Assembly: GCA_965207445.1 (NCBI GenBank)
Contig: CBDBLX010000002.1
Location: 64,001 to 128,000 of the forward strand
Reading direction: 5' to 3'
DNA length: 64,000 nt
From: Nitrosopumilus sp.
Lineage (GTDB): Archaea; Thermoproteota; Nitrososphaeria; Nitrososphaerales; Nitrosopumilaceae
The notes beneath the pieces were generated by a model. It was not told the origin of the DNA. It did not search any database and saw only the letters and a list, made by a program, of their open reading frames with translations. The position numbers and the translations under genes are program-made. This document shows, in pieces, positions 52,249 through 61,615 of this stretch (position 1 is the first letter of the stretch; the number at the start of each line of letters is the position of its first letter).

Positions 52249-52941
52249 CTAATATTGAGATTTACTAATTAGAATTTTTGCCACCATTTTCTCGGTAAAA
52301 TTTACAATCATCACGTATCTGGCATACCCCACACATAGCGAGACGGGCTTGCAAATATTCTGCCCATACATTACAAACGTGTCGTTTATGCGCAACCAAT
52401 ATCGTTTGGGTATCAAATCCATTAGCGCTTGTTCGGTATCTTCGGGTGTCTTTGTATTTACAAGTCCTAACCTATTTGATATTCGATGTACATGTATGTC
52501 AACTGGTATGGCAGGCCGCTCAAATGCATACACTAAAACACAGTTGGCAGTCTTGCGCCCTACACCGGGTAATGATACAAGTTTGTCAATATCATCTGGT
52601 ACGACACCACCATATTGTTTCTCTATAATCTTGGCAACATCGATAATTCTACGCGCCTTTACATGATAAAATCCAATAGGCATTACAATACGCTCAACGT
52701 CTTTTATTCGAGCAGTTGCAAGTTCTTTGGAATTTGTATATCTGGCAAAGAGTTTCTTGACTACCTTTGTAGTGTTCTCATCTTTTGTACGCGCAGATAA
52801 AATTGTCCCAATCAGGATACTAAATGGACCTCCAGTCTCTGCATCATGTAGCTCTCTGAGCGCAGTCATTCTAGGAGGTTTGACGGCGTTCATAGTCTTT
52901 GTCATGCCATCAAGTATCTTTTTCATGCATATAGTATTCAT
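52249..52941 (-). CDS. nth: Endonuclease III, with an apparent 1-nt frameshift in the C-terminal Fe-S motif
   Basis: LSARTKD, LPGVGRKTAN and VDIHVHRI motifs. Adding one base near 52338 gives CKPVSPMCGVCQIRDDC. Confidence 0.9.
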   Translation of the reverse strand: MNTICMKKILDGMTKTMNAVKPPRMTALRELHDAETGGPFSILIGTILSARTKDENTTKVVKKLFARYTNSKELATARIKDVERIVMPIGFYHVKARRIIDVAKIIEKQYGGVVPDDIDKLVSLPGVGRKTANCVLVYAFERPAIPVDIHVHRISNRLGLVNTKTPEDTEQALMDLIPKRYWLRINDTFVMYGQNICKPVSLCVGYARYVMIVNFTEKMVAKILISKSQY

Positions 52942-52976
52942 GCAAGTGTTATATCTGTAACATTTAGAGTACACGT

Positions 52977-54149
52977 GTGGAGTTAACAGAATCAGAAGAA
53001 AGAGCACTTGCAGGTGAGAGTGGCGAGGTTATGCAGATGGCTTATCGCATACTAGTTGCAACTGGCAAGGCAACTGATGCAGACAGACTAGTACCCGTGC
53101 AATGGGCACACCTATCAGGTGTCAACTATAATACCATAGGAGATGCAGGTGAGGAATTTCTAAAGAGTTTAAGCCACAAGGGTGCCAGGGTGCGCGTAAA
53201 GACAACATTAAATCCTATGGGATTTGATGCTGACAGTGTATCTAGATATGGATTAGATGATGAGTTTATTGCAAAACAAGAGTCAATAGCAAAATCATAC
53301 ACGATAATGGGCGTGACACCGTCATTCTCATGCATACCATATGAGATATTCAAGATGCCTATCAAAAATTCACAAATAGCATTTGCAGAGAGTAATGCTG
53401 CAATATATGCAAATTCATTTGATCATTTAAAAACGAATAAAGAAAGTGCATTTAGCGCACTTGCAAGCGCCATAACTGGAAAGAGTCCATACTCTGATCT
53501 ACGACGTGATGAAGAGTCAGATGAAATACCAGTTGTGCGTATGAGGATAAAAGAACCAGATGAGCTAGCATATGGGATGCTCGGATACTTTGCAGGCAAA
53601 GCCACTGATACGTCAGTAGTTGATATATCAGGCGTCTTGTCATCTGCAATGGATAGACGGCAATGCAAAGCTATGTGCGGGGGCATGGGAACATCAGGTA
53701 CCTGTGCAAAGTTTCGGTTTGTGAGTAATAATGATAAAAAAAATGTAGAAAAGATAGATTTTGATCATGATGCAATGCAACAAGTCAAAGACGAGTTAAA
53801 CACAGCAGAGAATGGAGATGTAGTCATACTTGGCAGCCCACAGCTTGGATTATGGGAGATATTAGATTTAATCAAACGACTGAAGGGCCGCTCATTTCAA
53901 AAGAGATGTATGATATTTTGTCCTAGAATAGTAAAAGAGCAAGCACAAGAACAGATTCAAGTGTTAGAAAAGGCAGGATGTGAGGTCATGGCAGATTGTT
54001 GCGCGTGCCTCTCGCCACTAGTTGAGACAGATGATATAGATACCGTGACTACAAATAGTATCAAGGGTGCGTTTTATCTTAACAATGCAAGTGGTGTTGG
54101 AGTAGAGTTGAAATCATTATCTGAAATCCTAGAGGACGAGACTGTATAA
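52977..54149 (+). CDS. Aconitase X large subunit (DUF521; probable phosphomevalonate dehydratase large subunit)
   Basis: AHLSGVNY, TTLNP, SCIPY, AESNA and TNSIKGAFY motifs. Confidence 0.85.
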   Translation: MELTESEERALAGESGEVMQMAYRILVATGKATDADRLVPVQWAHLSGVNYNTIGDAGEEFLKSLSHKGARVRVKTTLNPMGFDADSVSRYGLDDEFIAKQESIAKSYTIMGVTPSFSCIPYEIFKMPIKNSQIAFAESNAAIYANSFDHLKTNKESAFSALASAITGKSPYSDLRRDEESDEIPVVRMRIKEPDELAYGMLGYFAGKATDTSVVDISGVLSSAMDRRQCKAMCGGMGTSGTCAKFRFVSNNDKKNVEKIDFDHDAMQQVKDELNTAENGDVVILGSPQLGLWEILDLIKRLKGRSFQKRCMIFCPRIVKEQAQEQIQVLEKAGCEVMADCCACLSPLVETDDIDTVTTNSIKGAFYLNNASGVGVELKSLSEILEDETV

Positions 54150-54579
54150 TGAATCATACAATTATTCAAAAACCCCAAAAATGCAAAATTCTAGTAAGTG
54201 GTAAGACTGATGGCATCATACTACAATCACACACACCGATAAACTTTCTAGGCGCAGTGAATAAAAAGACTGGTTTGATCACTGATAAAAAACACGAATT
54301 ATATAAAAAAAGCATTAAAAATGTCATACTAGTATTCCATCGGGGGCAGGGAGTAGTGTGGGAGCATATACCATATACTCTATCAAAGCAAACAAAGTAG
54401 CCCCACATGCTATGATATGCCAAAGAGCTGACTTGACAATTGCAACAGGGTGCGCCGTTGCAGATATTCCACTTTTAGTCATTGATGATGATAATATATT
54501 GAATATGCTCAATACAGGATCACACGTCACACTAGATACAGAGTCAGATAATTTTATTACATTAACAAATGATGATTAA
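54149..54579 (+). CDS. Aconitase X small swivel subunit (DUF126), split by an apparent 1-nt frameshift near 54337
   Basis: PINFLG..TG.ITD..H and GAYTIY...APHAMI motifs. Adding one C restores FPSGAGSSVGAY. Confidence 0.85.
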
Positions 54580-54736
54580 GTATAATAATAATGATCATTA
54601 AAATAATCAGTATTAGAGTAATATTTAGTATCAATTAAGACAGATGCAGTCTTTGTTAAAGTCCATTTACAAAACAGTCAATCTCAATAAAATGATCAAA
54701 AATTACTATACAAAGTAAAAAAAAGACGTCACAAGA

Positions 54737-55459
54737 TTATCTCTTTTTTGTCAAGTATAGCGCACCCACAATAATTCCTATCCCTGCTGCCACATAAAAT
54801 GGAAATAATGCAAATACATTTTGAGAAGGATCACCTGATAGAAATTCGACTAGAACGGTACCAGATGCCACGGCAGGCGGGTCAGTTGATCCCTCCATTC
54901 CATGTGTAGAAAAAGATACAGGTGCAAACAACCCAATATCCAAATTAGATACTACAATTCTTGCGCCATTGTTTACAGTCATACCAGCACGCTCCGTATA
55001 TGACACGATGACTTTAGCCTGCGGATACCACCCACGCTCCAAATCTTTGTGAATTATTATATATCCTTCATCAGGCGTCTGTACTGCTACCCAAAACCTA
55101 TAATCTGGATTTGCACCCATTCCAATTTCTACAAACTCGTCTTGTGTCTCTTTGTCATATAATCTAATTACGGCGTTTCCATTAGGATGCGCATATATCA
55201 AATCATTATCTATTGTAGCTTGCCAGCTTATGATATGGGATTTTTCCAGATCTTGAATCGGGGCAACGCGCAACACACGGTTGAACTCGGATGCATCAAT
55301 AGTAATCTCCTCTATGGTAAGAGACGGATTCTTGATATCTGTGTCAGTGTCTAGTTGTGTGTTATGCTCAGTAGCAACAGAATCAGGTATGGCAGATAAA
55401 GCTACAAGTGTGAGGGCGATAATACTAGTAGTAATGTAAGATGATACCAAACGTGACAA
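54737..55459 (-). CDS. Hypothetical exported protein with a C-terminal membrane anchor
   Basis: N-terminal signal-like segment; C-terminal TM helix followed by KKR. Confidence 0.7.
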   Translation of the reverse strand: MSRLVSSYITTSIIALTLVALSAIPDSVATEHNTQLDTDTDIKNPSLTIEEITIDASEFNRVLRVAPIQDLEKSHIISWQATIDNDLIYAHPNGNAVIRLYDKETQDEFVEIGMGANPDYRFWVAVQTPDEGYIIIHKDLERGWYPQAKVIVSYTERAGMTVNNGARIVVSNLDIGLFAPVSFSTHGMEGSTDPPAVASGTVLVEFLSGDPSQNVFALFPFYVAAGIGIIVGALYLTKKR

Positions 55460-56262
55460 TTATCTCACATGAAGTTTCTTTCTCAATTAATTAAATTGTA
55501 CTTTGCGTTGTTCGGGAATTGTATATTTTAGTTAACTGTGTGAGACCCTAAAACCAACCCCTACTATGAATCAGAGTACCCGGCAAGCATTTTAGGGAAG
55601 GTATAACTCGGACTGAATTGTTCAAGATATTCCCTGATAATCAGTTTGCAATGCAGTGGTTTGAGAGGCGCATATGAAATGACGGTAGAGGATGCCCAAC
55701 TTGCGAGAATCCATACACCACAGTATCCACACAAAAGACGACGCCTTACTATTGTTACAAGTGCCGGCACTTTTTCTCAGTCAAAAAAGGTACTGTAATG
55801 AAGCAGCCACACATATCATATCAGAATGGGCTATTGGAACCTATCTTGTTGTAACTAACCTGAGGTGTCTCAAGTATGAAAATTCATAGAGATTTAGGAA
55901 TGACCCAAAAGTCTGCATGATTCATGCTTACAAGGCTCCTCGAATCTTGGAAGCAGTTGGCAGGCGTTGATAAGATGGATGGGACTAGAGACTGATGAGG
56001 CGTTCGTTGGTGGCTCAGATAAGAAGAATCGTCATGCAGACAAGAAAGTCACCAAACCAAAGACTGCTGTAGGTGGTGTCAAAGACCGTACATCAAACAA
56101 GGTTACTGTAAAGCCAGTGCCAGAAATTACAAAGACATGCTTGGAAGATTTCATTGAAAAGAATGTGACCGAGGATGCCAAAAAATACACTGATGAAAAT
56201 AGGATATATTCTGACTTGAGGAATCACGAGTCCGTAAACCACTTTGTAGGAGAGTATGTAAG

Positions 56263-56370
56263 GGGACAGGCGCATACAAACGGCACGGAGTTATTCTAGC
56301 TGAGAGACTAGAAGCTAAAAGAATAGAAAGAGAAAGGGACAGGCGCATACAAACGGCACGGAGTTATTCT
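56263..56370. repeat. Exact 35-bp direct repeat around a 38-bp unique insert
   Basis: GGGACAGGCGCATACAAACGGCACGGAGTTATTCT at 56263-56297 and 56336-56370. Confidence 0.95.
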
Positions 56371-56383
56371 GGTCCATGATGAA

Positions 56384-56489
56384 GTGCGGTTATGATGGAT
56401 GTACCATCACATATCCGACTGCTCTTCTAGTATGATCACGGTCAGTTGTATAACGTGCGGTTATGACGGATGTACCATCACATATCCGA
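56384..56489. repeat. 35-bp direct repeat (1 mismatch) around a 36-bp unique insert
   Basis: GTGCGGTTATGA(T/C)GGATGTACCATCACATATCCGA at 56384-56418 and 56455-56489. Confidence 0.95.
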
Positions 56490-56569
56490 GGATCATTTGT
56501 ACCGATACGTTAATGAATCCACCGGACGACACAACATTAGGAACATGGATAGTGTAGAGATGATGGGTA

Positions 56570-58235
56570 GTAGTTTCATTAAAGATCCGATAGTTTTTAG
56601 ACATTCTTATAATCATATATTTGGAAATCAAGCAGGCCCCATGTTGTAATCCATACATGCTCCATGATTTTTCCGTGCCATGTCCATGCCAGCCGTGTAT
56701 TCAGGCGTGGCAAAAAGTATGTGCGCAGCCGTCCTGATCATAGTGCGATCTGTGCGTCGCACAGCCTCACCCGGACCCACCTAGTTCGCGTAATATGCAG
56801 TTCATGCAGCCCGGAGTTCTGGTATTGGCGCGTTGTTCTTTGCGTCCTGTATGGCATTGCGCATGTACTCTAGCAGCCTGACTGTACCCACCTCGCCTTT
56901 TTCCATCATGTGTAGTATGGACTTTTGAATCTCTGGAAAACCACCTTTGTAGTATCTGCCTGCTAGTGCGCGCTTTATCTCGCGCCATTGGATCTCTATG
57001 GGATTGTGCTGAGGCGTATATGGCGGCAAGTACCATAGTGCAACTTGTCCTCTTGTCTGTTCCAGATACTGCTTGATGCCTTTGGACTTGTGCGCAGATG
57101 CATTGTCACATATGACAAATACCTTGCCGTACTTTTCTCGGAGCACCTCCAACAACTTTATGACGTTTACAGTATTCGCACTGTCGCAAAAGTGCAGGTG
57201 GCATGTACCGGCCCCGAGTGCACCCAGCATTTTCATACTTGTTTTTGAAAAGTTGACCTTTACAGTCTCAGAGCCTCCCCGGGTATATAGTCCGCGCGCG
57301 ACATACGGCGAGTTTGTGATTGCAGAGGCGTCCATGCAGAACACCTCATAGCCGGCGCGGGCGTGCGCCATGATGGCGCGTATTGTGTCGTGTACATAAT
57401 GTAGTTCTTCTAATGGACTGGCAGACTTGTGGTGAATTGGTCTGGGTATTCTTATTGAAAAGCCCATCCTGTGAGCTAGCGCCAGGGCCCCGGTCCACGT
57501 GTACTGGACGTCAAAAATGTTTGCCAGATGCAATGCAAACAAGGCGGCAGTCCATGTCCCACGCTCAAAGCCGCACTGCATCGGCTCTCTACTCAGATCG
57601 GTCTTTGCCTGTTCTTGTTGTTCTTTTGTGAGTCTGCACGGCCTGCCAGGGCTCTTGCGGTCGTACCTGCCCTCCAAGCCCTCTGACTGCAGTCTATTGA
57701 GCCACTCAGATATGACACCCTGACTACGTCCGAGCTGGGCGGCTATTACAGACTCACTCTTGCCCTTTTTTCGTCCAACTGCCGCCTGCAGTCTGTCCCG
57801 GGACTTACCCGGAGGCTCGTTGCGGTAGGCGGTTTTTAGATCTTCCAGGGACACGTCGGGCATGAACCCGTCCCCTTTTCCTACATAGGCCGTCTTCAAA
57901 AAATACGCACCTCGTCGATGCCGCAAGACGATCTGCCTGCAGAGTCGTTAAATATGGTATCGGCGAGTACTACTCGATGTACCATTTTTTCGTTTGACAA
58001 CAAACACTAATGGCCACATCGCCTTTTGACACTCGAGGTCAAATTAGTTAAACCAAATGATCAAAAGTTACTCTAAATACCTGCCACGGGATATACACCC
58101 TAATTCCTCGTCTCTCTTCTGGCTACCACACGGTATCTGCTACACATAGTGCCAATTACGTCTATTTTTCCACTCAGTACACAACTGCCTAGCCGAAATC
58201 GCCTGCAAAAACCATCGGATCTTTAATGAAACTAC
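56570..58235 (-). mobile_element. Nested element carrying an IS630 transposase
   Basis: 29-bp TIRs GTAGTTTCATTAAAGATCCGAT(A/G)GTTTTT with TA on both sides. The flanks also repeat ATGGGT, so the exact TSD is ambiguous. Confidence 0.85.
56802..57926 (-). CDS. IS630-family transposase (likely start near 57863)
   Basis: HTH with PGRP, CMDAS, CDNASAH and LPPYTPQHNPIE motifs. Confidence 0.92.
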   Translation of the reverse strand: MRHRRGAYFLKTAYVGKGDGFMPDVSLEDLKTAYRNEPPGKSRDRLQAAVGRKKGKSESVIAAQLGRSQGVISEWLNRLQSEGLEGRYDRKSPGRPCRLTKEQQEQAKTDLSREPMQCGFERGTWTAALFALHLANIFDVQYTWTGALALAHRMGFSIRIPRPIHHKSASPLEELHYVHDTIRAIMAHARAGYEVFCMDASAITNSPYVARGLYTRGGSETVKVNFSKTSMKMLGALGAGTCHLHFCDSANTVNVIKLLEVLREKYGKVFVICDNASAHKSKGIKQYLEQTRGQVALWYLPPYTPQHNPIEIQWREIKRALAGRYYKGGFPEIQKSILHMMEKGEVGTVRLLEYMRNAIQDAKNNAPIPELRAA

Positions 58236-58332
58236 TATGGGTACGATGGCCGAGAACATGGCGGGAAGCAAGCTTACATACAATACGCTCATAGAACCAG
58301 GCAGGCTTGATGGAGATGTAGTCTGAATGTTA

Positions 58333-58453
58333 TTACAGAGAAGTTACAGAGAAGTTACAGAGAAGTTACAGAGAAGTTACAGAGAAGTTACAGAGAAGTT
58401 ACAGAGAAGTTACAGAGAAGTTACAGAGAAGTTACAGAGAAGTTACAGAGAAG
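58333..58453. repeat. Perfect 11-bp tandem repeat (TTACAGAGAAG) x11
   Basis: Directly visible. Confidence 0.95.
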
Positions 58454-58687
58454 TACCCTCGACACGGGGGGTTTATTTTTTGGGCATCTAAATTTTGCAC
58501 ATGCTACATTACAGATGAGGTAACTCCCATTGCTGTCAATGCGGCAGCAGATCCAAGTCTAGGAGGGGCATGACTACTGCATAAGAAAACAGAACGTTCC
58601 CGTTCAGATAAGGATCACTATAATCGAGCCGTAAGCAGACTGGTATCGGTCAGTGCCAAGAGTGAAAAGACGCGCCAAAATGCAATC

Positions 58688-61504
58688 ATGGGCTGGATTG
58701 ATGTCACGTTTCCCAACACAGCGCCCGAACTTGAATATGTGACTGATGCAGGAGGCCAGATTGACATCTATCTGCCAACTCATCGTGCCATAATAGAAGT
58801 AAAGACGCCTAGCTCCCTTGGGAATGACCCGCGAGTCGGACTGGGATCGTATAAAGAATCCGCATATAAGCAACTTGCAAGATATGTTGAGGATGAGCGT
58901 AAGATTACACAAACATACATTGTAGATGAAGAGAATCCACGGAAGGACACCACATGGATTGGATGCGTCACGGATGCACGCAGGTGGTGGGTGTGGGAAT
59001 GGGAACATACCAGACACGCCGATGGCCGCGAGATTGGCGGGTGGCAGGGAACGCTACTGTCAAGCAACAACATCAGGAATCTTGAGCGGTTGTTTGACCG
59101 CCGTGTGGGCAAGCCATGGGCGCCAGCAGACCCGTCAGAACTATTCGCAGAATCACTGCAGAGACTACGCAACCTGTATGAGCGTGAACGATATGTGCCT
59201 GCCACCATAACACAGCGCAATCTGTGGTTGCAACAACTCAGAGCAAGTGGGAATGCACCCGTTGAAAGTATTGATGAGTTGTTTGTGCGACACACACTAC
59301 TCATACTCATAACGCGGCTCATCATCAAGACCATACGGCGCGACGACAACGATACCACGGCAGGCTTTGTCCAATGGGTGTCCGAAGACGGTGAGTTTAT
59401 CAGGGATTTGGCAGGAGTCATAGACCAATACAACTGGAGACATCGTAAGATCGACATACTCAGAGGACTGTACGGGAATTTTGTGGATGCCAAACACCGC
59501 AAGGCGTTTGGCGAATATTATACACCGGATTGGCTGGCCGAGCGCATATGCCACAAGACAATCGATGACGCGTACATAGAGGAGCAGATTACAAATTTCA
59601 GAAAGGGAGCCACCATAATGGGAGTGTTGGATCCGTTCTGTGGCTCTGGAACATTTCTTGTACATGCAGTGCGGCGCATTCTCAGTTCAGAGGCGCTTGC
59701 AAAAGCCACTCTTACGGATCACCAGAAAAATGACTTTGTGTCACAGATGGTTCATGGAATGGATATACATCCGGTGGCAGTTGAGATGTCACGCGGCAAC
59801 ATGCAACGCCTGCTGCCTACTGTGCCACCCACGGCAATACATGTGTACCAAGGGGATTCAATGCTCGTCGCTAGGTCTGAGAGTTCTGTATTGAGTAGTG
59901 GGGGCGAGTCAATGTTCCTTGAATCTCCCAAGGGGCACAAACTTGTCATTCCAAAAAATTTTCTTCGATCCAATGATGACATACGCGCATTCGTACTGTC
60001 GGCGCAGGTTGGAGATCGTCTTCCCGTGGGAATTACAGAAGGATTATCTCAGAACGAACAGAATGAGGTTGAGGAAGCCCACAAGATAATGTCAAAAATC
60101 ATCAAAGAGGAGCAAAATGGTGTTTGGTATTGGTATATAGTAAACCAAGCAGCCCCAATCCTACTGAGCGAGGGCAAGGTGGGCAGGATCGTCTCAAACC
60201 CACCATGGGTCGCACTACAGGAAATACAACACAAGCCCAGAAAGGAAGAGATTGAGCGGTTTGCCAAAGCCGAAAATCTGTTTGTGGGTGGTAAAGTCGC
60301 AGGCAGATTCGATGTTGCCATGCTTGCGGTACGCCGTTCAATTAATCTGTACATGAGTAAAGGTAAAAGAAAGATGGGGTTCTTGCTGCCACAGGGCGCC
60401 ATGCTGGGGGCTGAAAATTGGTCAAAGCTCGCAGATTCATACGGGCAGATAACTACAGACGAGTGGGATATGGGCCGCCTGCCGTTTCACAACACACCGT
60501 CATGTGTGATCTTGATGGATGATAAGCAGTCCGGACGCGGCGGGGCGTCCAGAAAGGCATATCGCATGCGGCGGGGCATTTTGCGCGTCAAGCCACATGA
60601 AACGTGGAGTGCGGTTGAAAGAAAGGTATGCGATGTTGGAATCTCCGAGTTTGTAAGTGCACCATCTGAATACATTGGCAGGCATGGCGCCTCACTTCAA
60701 CCTATGACTCTTGTGCGCATAAAGGACAGTGAGGTTCATGGAAAAAATATCAAGTTCACCACTTTTGCATCATTTAAGACGCCATGGAAGGCATTGGGAA
60801 GTCGGACAGGTGAGGTTCCCTCGCGGTTTGCCAAAGATACTCTGATTAGTGCAGGCATGTTTCCTTTCTACGCCAAGATTGGCAGTAATATAATCCCGAT
60901 GCGCGATGACGGGTCATGGGATCCGTCTAGAAACACCAATGCATACTGGCAGTCAGCCCAGAGTATGTATGATAACCACAAGGGTCTTGGAAAGAACACG
61001 CCAAAGACACTGGAAGCAAGTCTGGATCACATGCAAAAACTGACTAAGCAGATGGGTTCCAAGAATCACCGCGTTGTGTATAATTCGGTAGGAGACTATC
61101 TGTATGCGGCCATCATACAGCCCCATGTAATATGCGGTGTGGGCACGGTATATGTCAACACAACAGGAAAGAAGGAAGCGCAGTTTTTGTCAGCACTCTT
61201 AAACGCAGACTGCCTACATAATGCATTTGTATCTGCACAGAAAACAGATAGAAATTTTCACATGCACATACTAAACGATGTACCCCTTCCGAGATTTTGT
61301 CAATCGAGTACAACACATAACAAGATTGTGGACATATCTATTGAATGTGCGAAACTGGCACAACAAACATACAAGACACATTATACTGACATTGGAGACT
61401 TTAAGATGCGCACTACGATCCGAGTCGCATTGCAAGAGTCAGGTCTACAGGAGGAACTGTCCAAAAACATCAAGAAGATACTGCATGGGTATATGGATAT
61501 TTGA
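58688..61504 (+). CDS. Type IIG-like restriction-modification fusion (nuclease, N6-adenine MTase, TRD)
   Basis: IDIYL...IIEVK nuclease motif, TDARRW, GEYYTP, DPFCGSG and SNPPW motifs; C-terminal TRD-like region. Confidence 0.85.
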   Translation: MGWIDVTFPNTAPELEYVTDAGGQIDIYLPTHRAIIEVKTPSSLGNDPRVGLGSYKESAYKQLARYVEDERKITQTYIVDEENPRKDTTWIGCVTDARRWWVWEWEHTRHADGREIGGWQGTLLSSNNIRNLERLFDRRVGKPWAPADPSELFAESLQRLRNLYERERYVPATITQRNLWLQQLRASGNAPVESIDELFVRHTLLILITRLIIKTIRRDDNDTTAGFVQWVSEDGEFIRDLAGVIDQYNWRHRKIDILRGLYGNFVDAKHRKAFGEYYTPDWLAERICHKTIDDAYIEEQITNFRKGATIMGVLDPFCGSGTFLVHAVRRILSSEALAKATLTDHQKNDFVSQMVHGMDIHPVAVEMSRGNMQRLLPTVPPTAIHVYQGDSMLVARSESSVLSSGGESMFLESPKGHKLVIPKNFLRSNDDIRAFVLSAQVGDRLPVGITEGLSQNEQNEVEEAHKIMSKIIKEEQNGVWYWYIVNQAAPILLSEGKVGRIVSNPPWVALQEIQHKPRKEEIERFAKAENLFVGGKVAGRFDVAMLAVRRSINLYMSKGKRKMGFLLPQGAMLGAENWSKLADSYGQITTDEWDMGRLPFHNTPSCVILMDDKQSGRGGASRKAYRMRRGILRVKPHETWSAVERKVCDVGISEFVSAPSEYIGRHGASLQPMTLVRIKDSEVHGKNIKFTTFASFKTPWKALGSRTGEVPSRFAKDTLISAGMFPFYAKIGSNIIPMRDDGSWDPSRNTNAYWQSAQSMYDNHKGLGKNTPKTLEASLDHMQKLTKQMGSKNHRVVYNSVGDYLYAAIIQPHVICGVGTVYVNTTGKKEAQFLSALLNADCLHNAFVSAQKTDRNFHMHILNDVPLPRFCQSSTTHNKIVDISIECAKLAQQTYKTHYTDIGDFKMRTTIRVALQESGLQEELSKNIKKILHGYMDI

Positions 61505-61615
61505 AGAATCTCTGATTCCCAAACAACACATGCGCCTCATGAAACTATACCAAAAGCCACCAGGAGTGTTCATGTGTCGAGTCAACTAAAATATATAATT
61601 CCCCGTTGTTCTTGA

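Larger units (their letters stand above)
55566..58326 (+). pseudogene. IS1595 (ISXO2-like) transposase pseudogene, interrupted by stops, frameshifts, two short insertions and a nested IS
   Basis: CPTC...YYCYKC zinc ribbon, ETDEAFVGG, YTDE, HESVNH...HTNG, YHHIS...YRYVNE; the C-terminus MAGSKLTYNTLI resumes after 58237. Confidence 0.88.
55514..61603 (+). mobile_element. IS1595-family transposon with passenger DNA, 6090 bp
   Basis: 24-bp TIRs GGGAATTGTATATTTTAGTTAACT / reverse complement GGGAATTATATATTTTAGTTGACT (22/24); 8-bp TSD CGTTGTTC at 55506-55513 and 61604-61611. Confidence 0.92.

Noticed and set aside
58333..58453. Tandem repeat as a CRISPR-like or guide array
   Set aside because: The units are contiguous 11-mers with no spacers.
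58780..59665. Long antisense ORFs opposite the type IIG gene (similar ones lie opposite cas3, UPF0182 and the transposases)
   Set aside because: They are shadow ORFs of well-supported genes and have no recognisable motifs.
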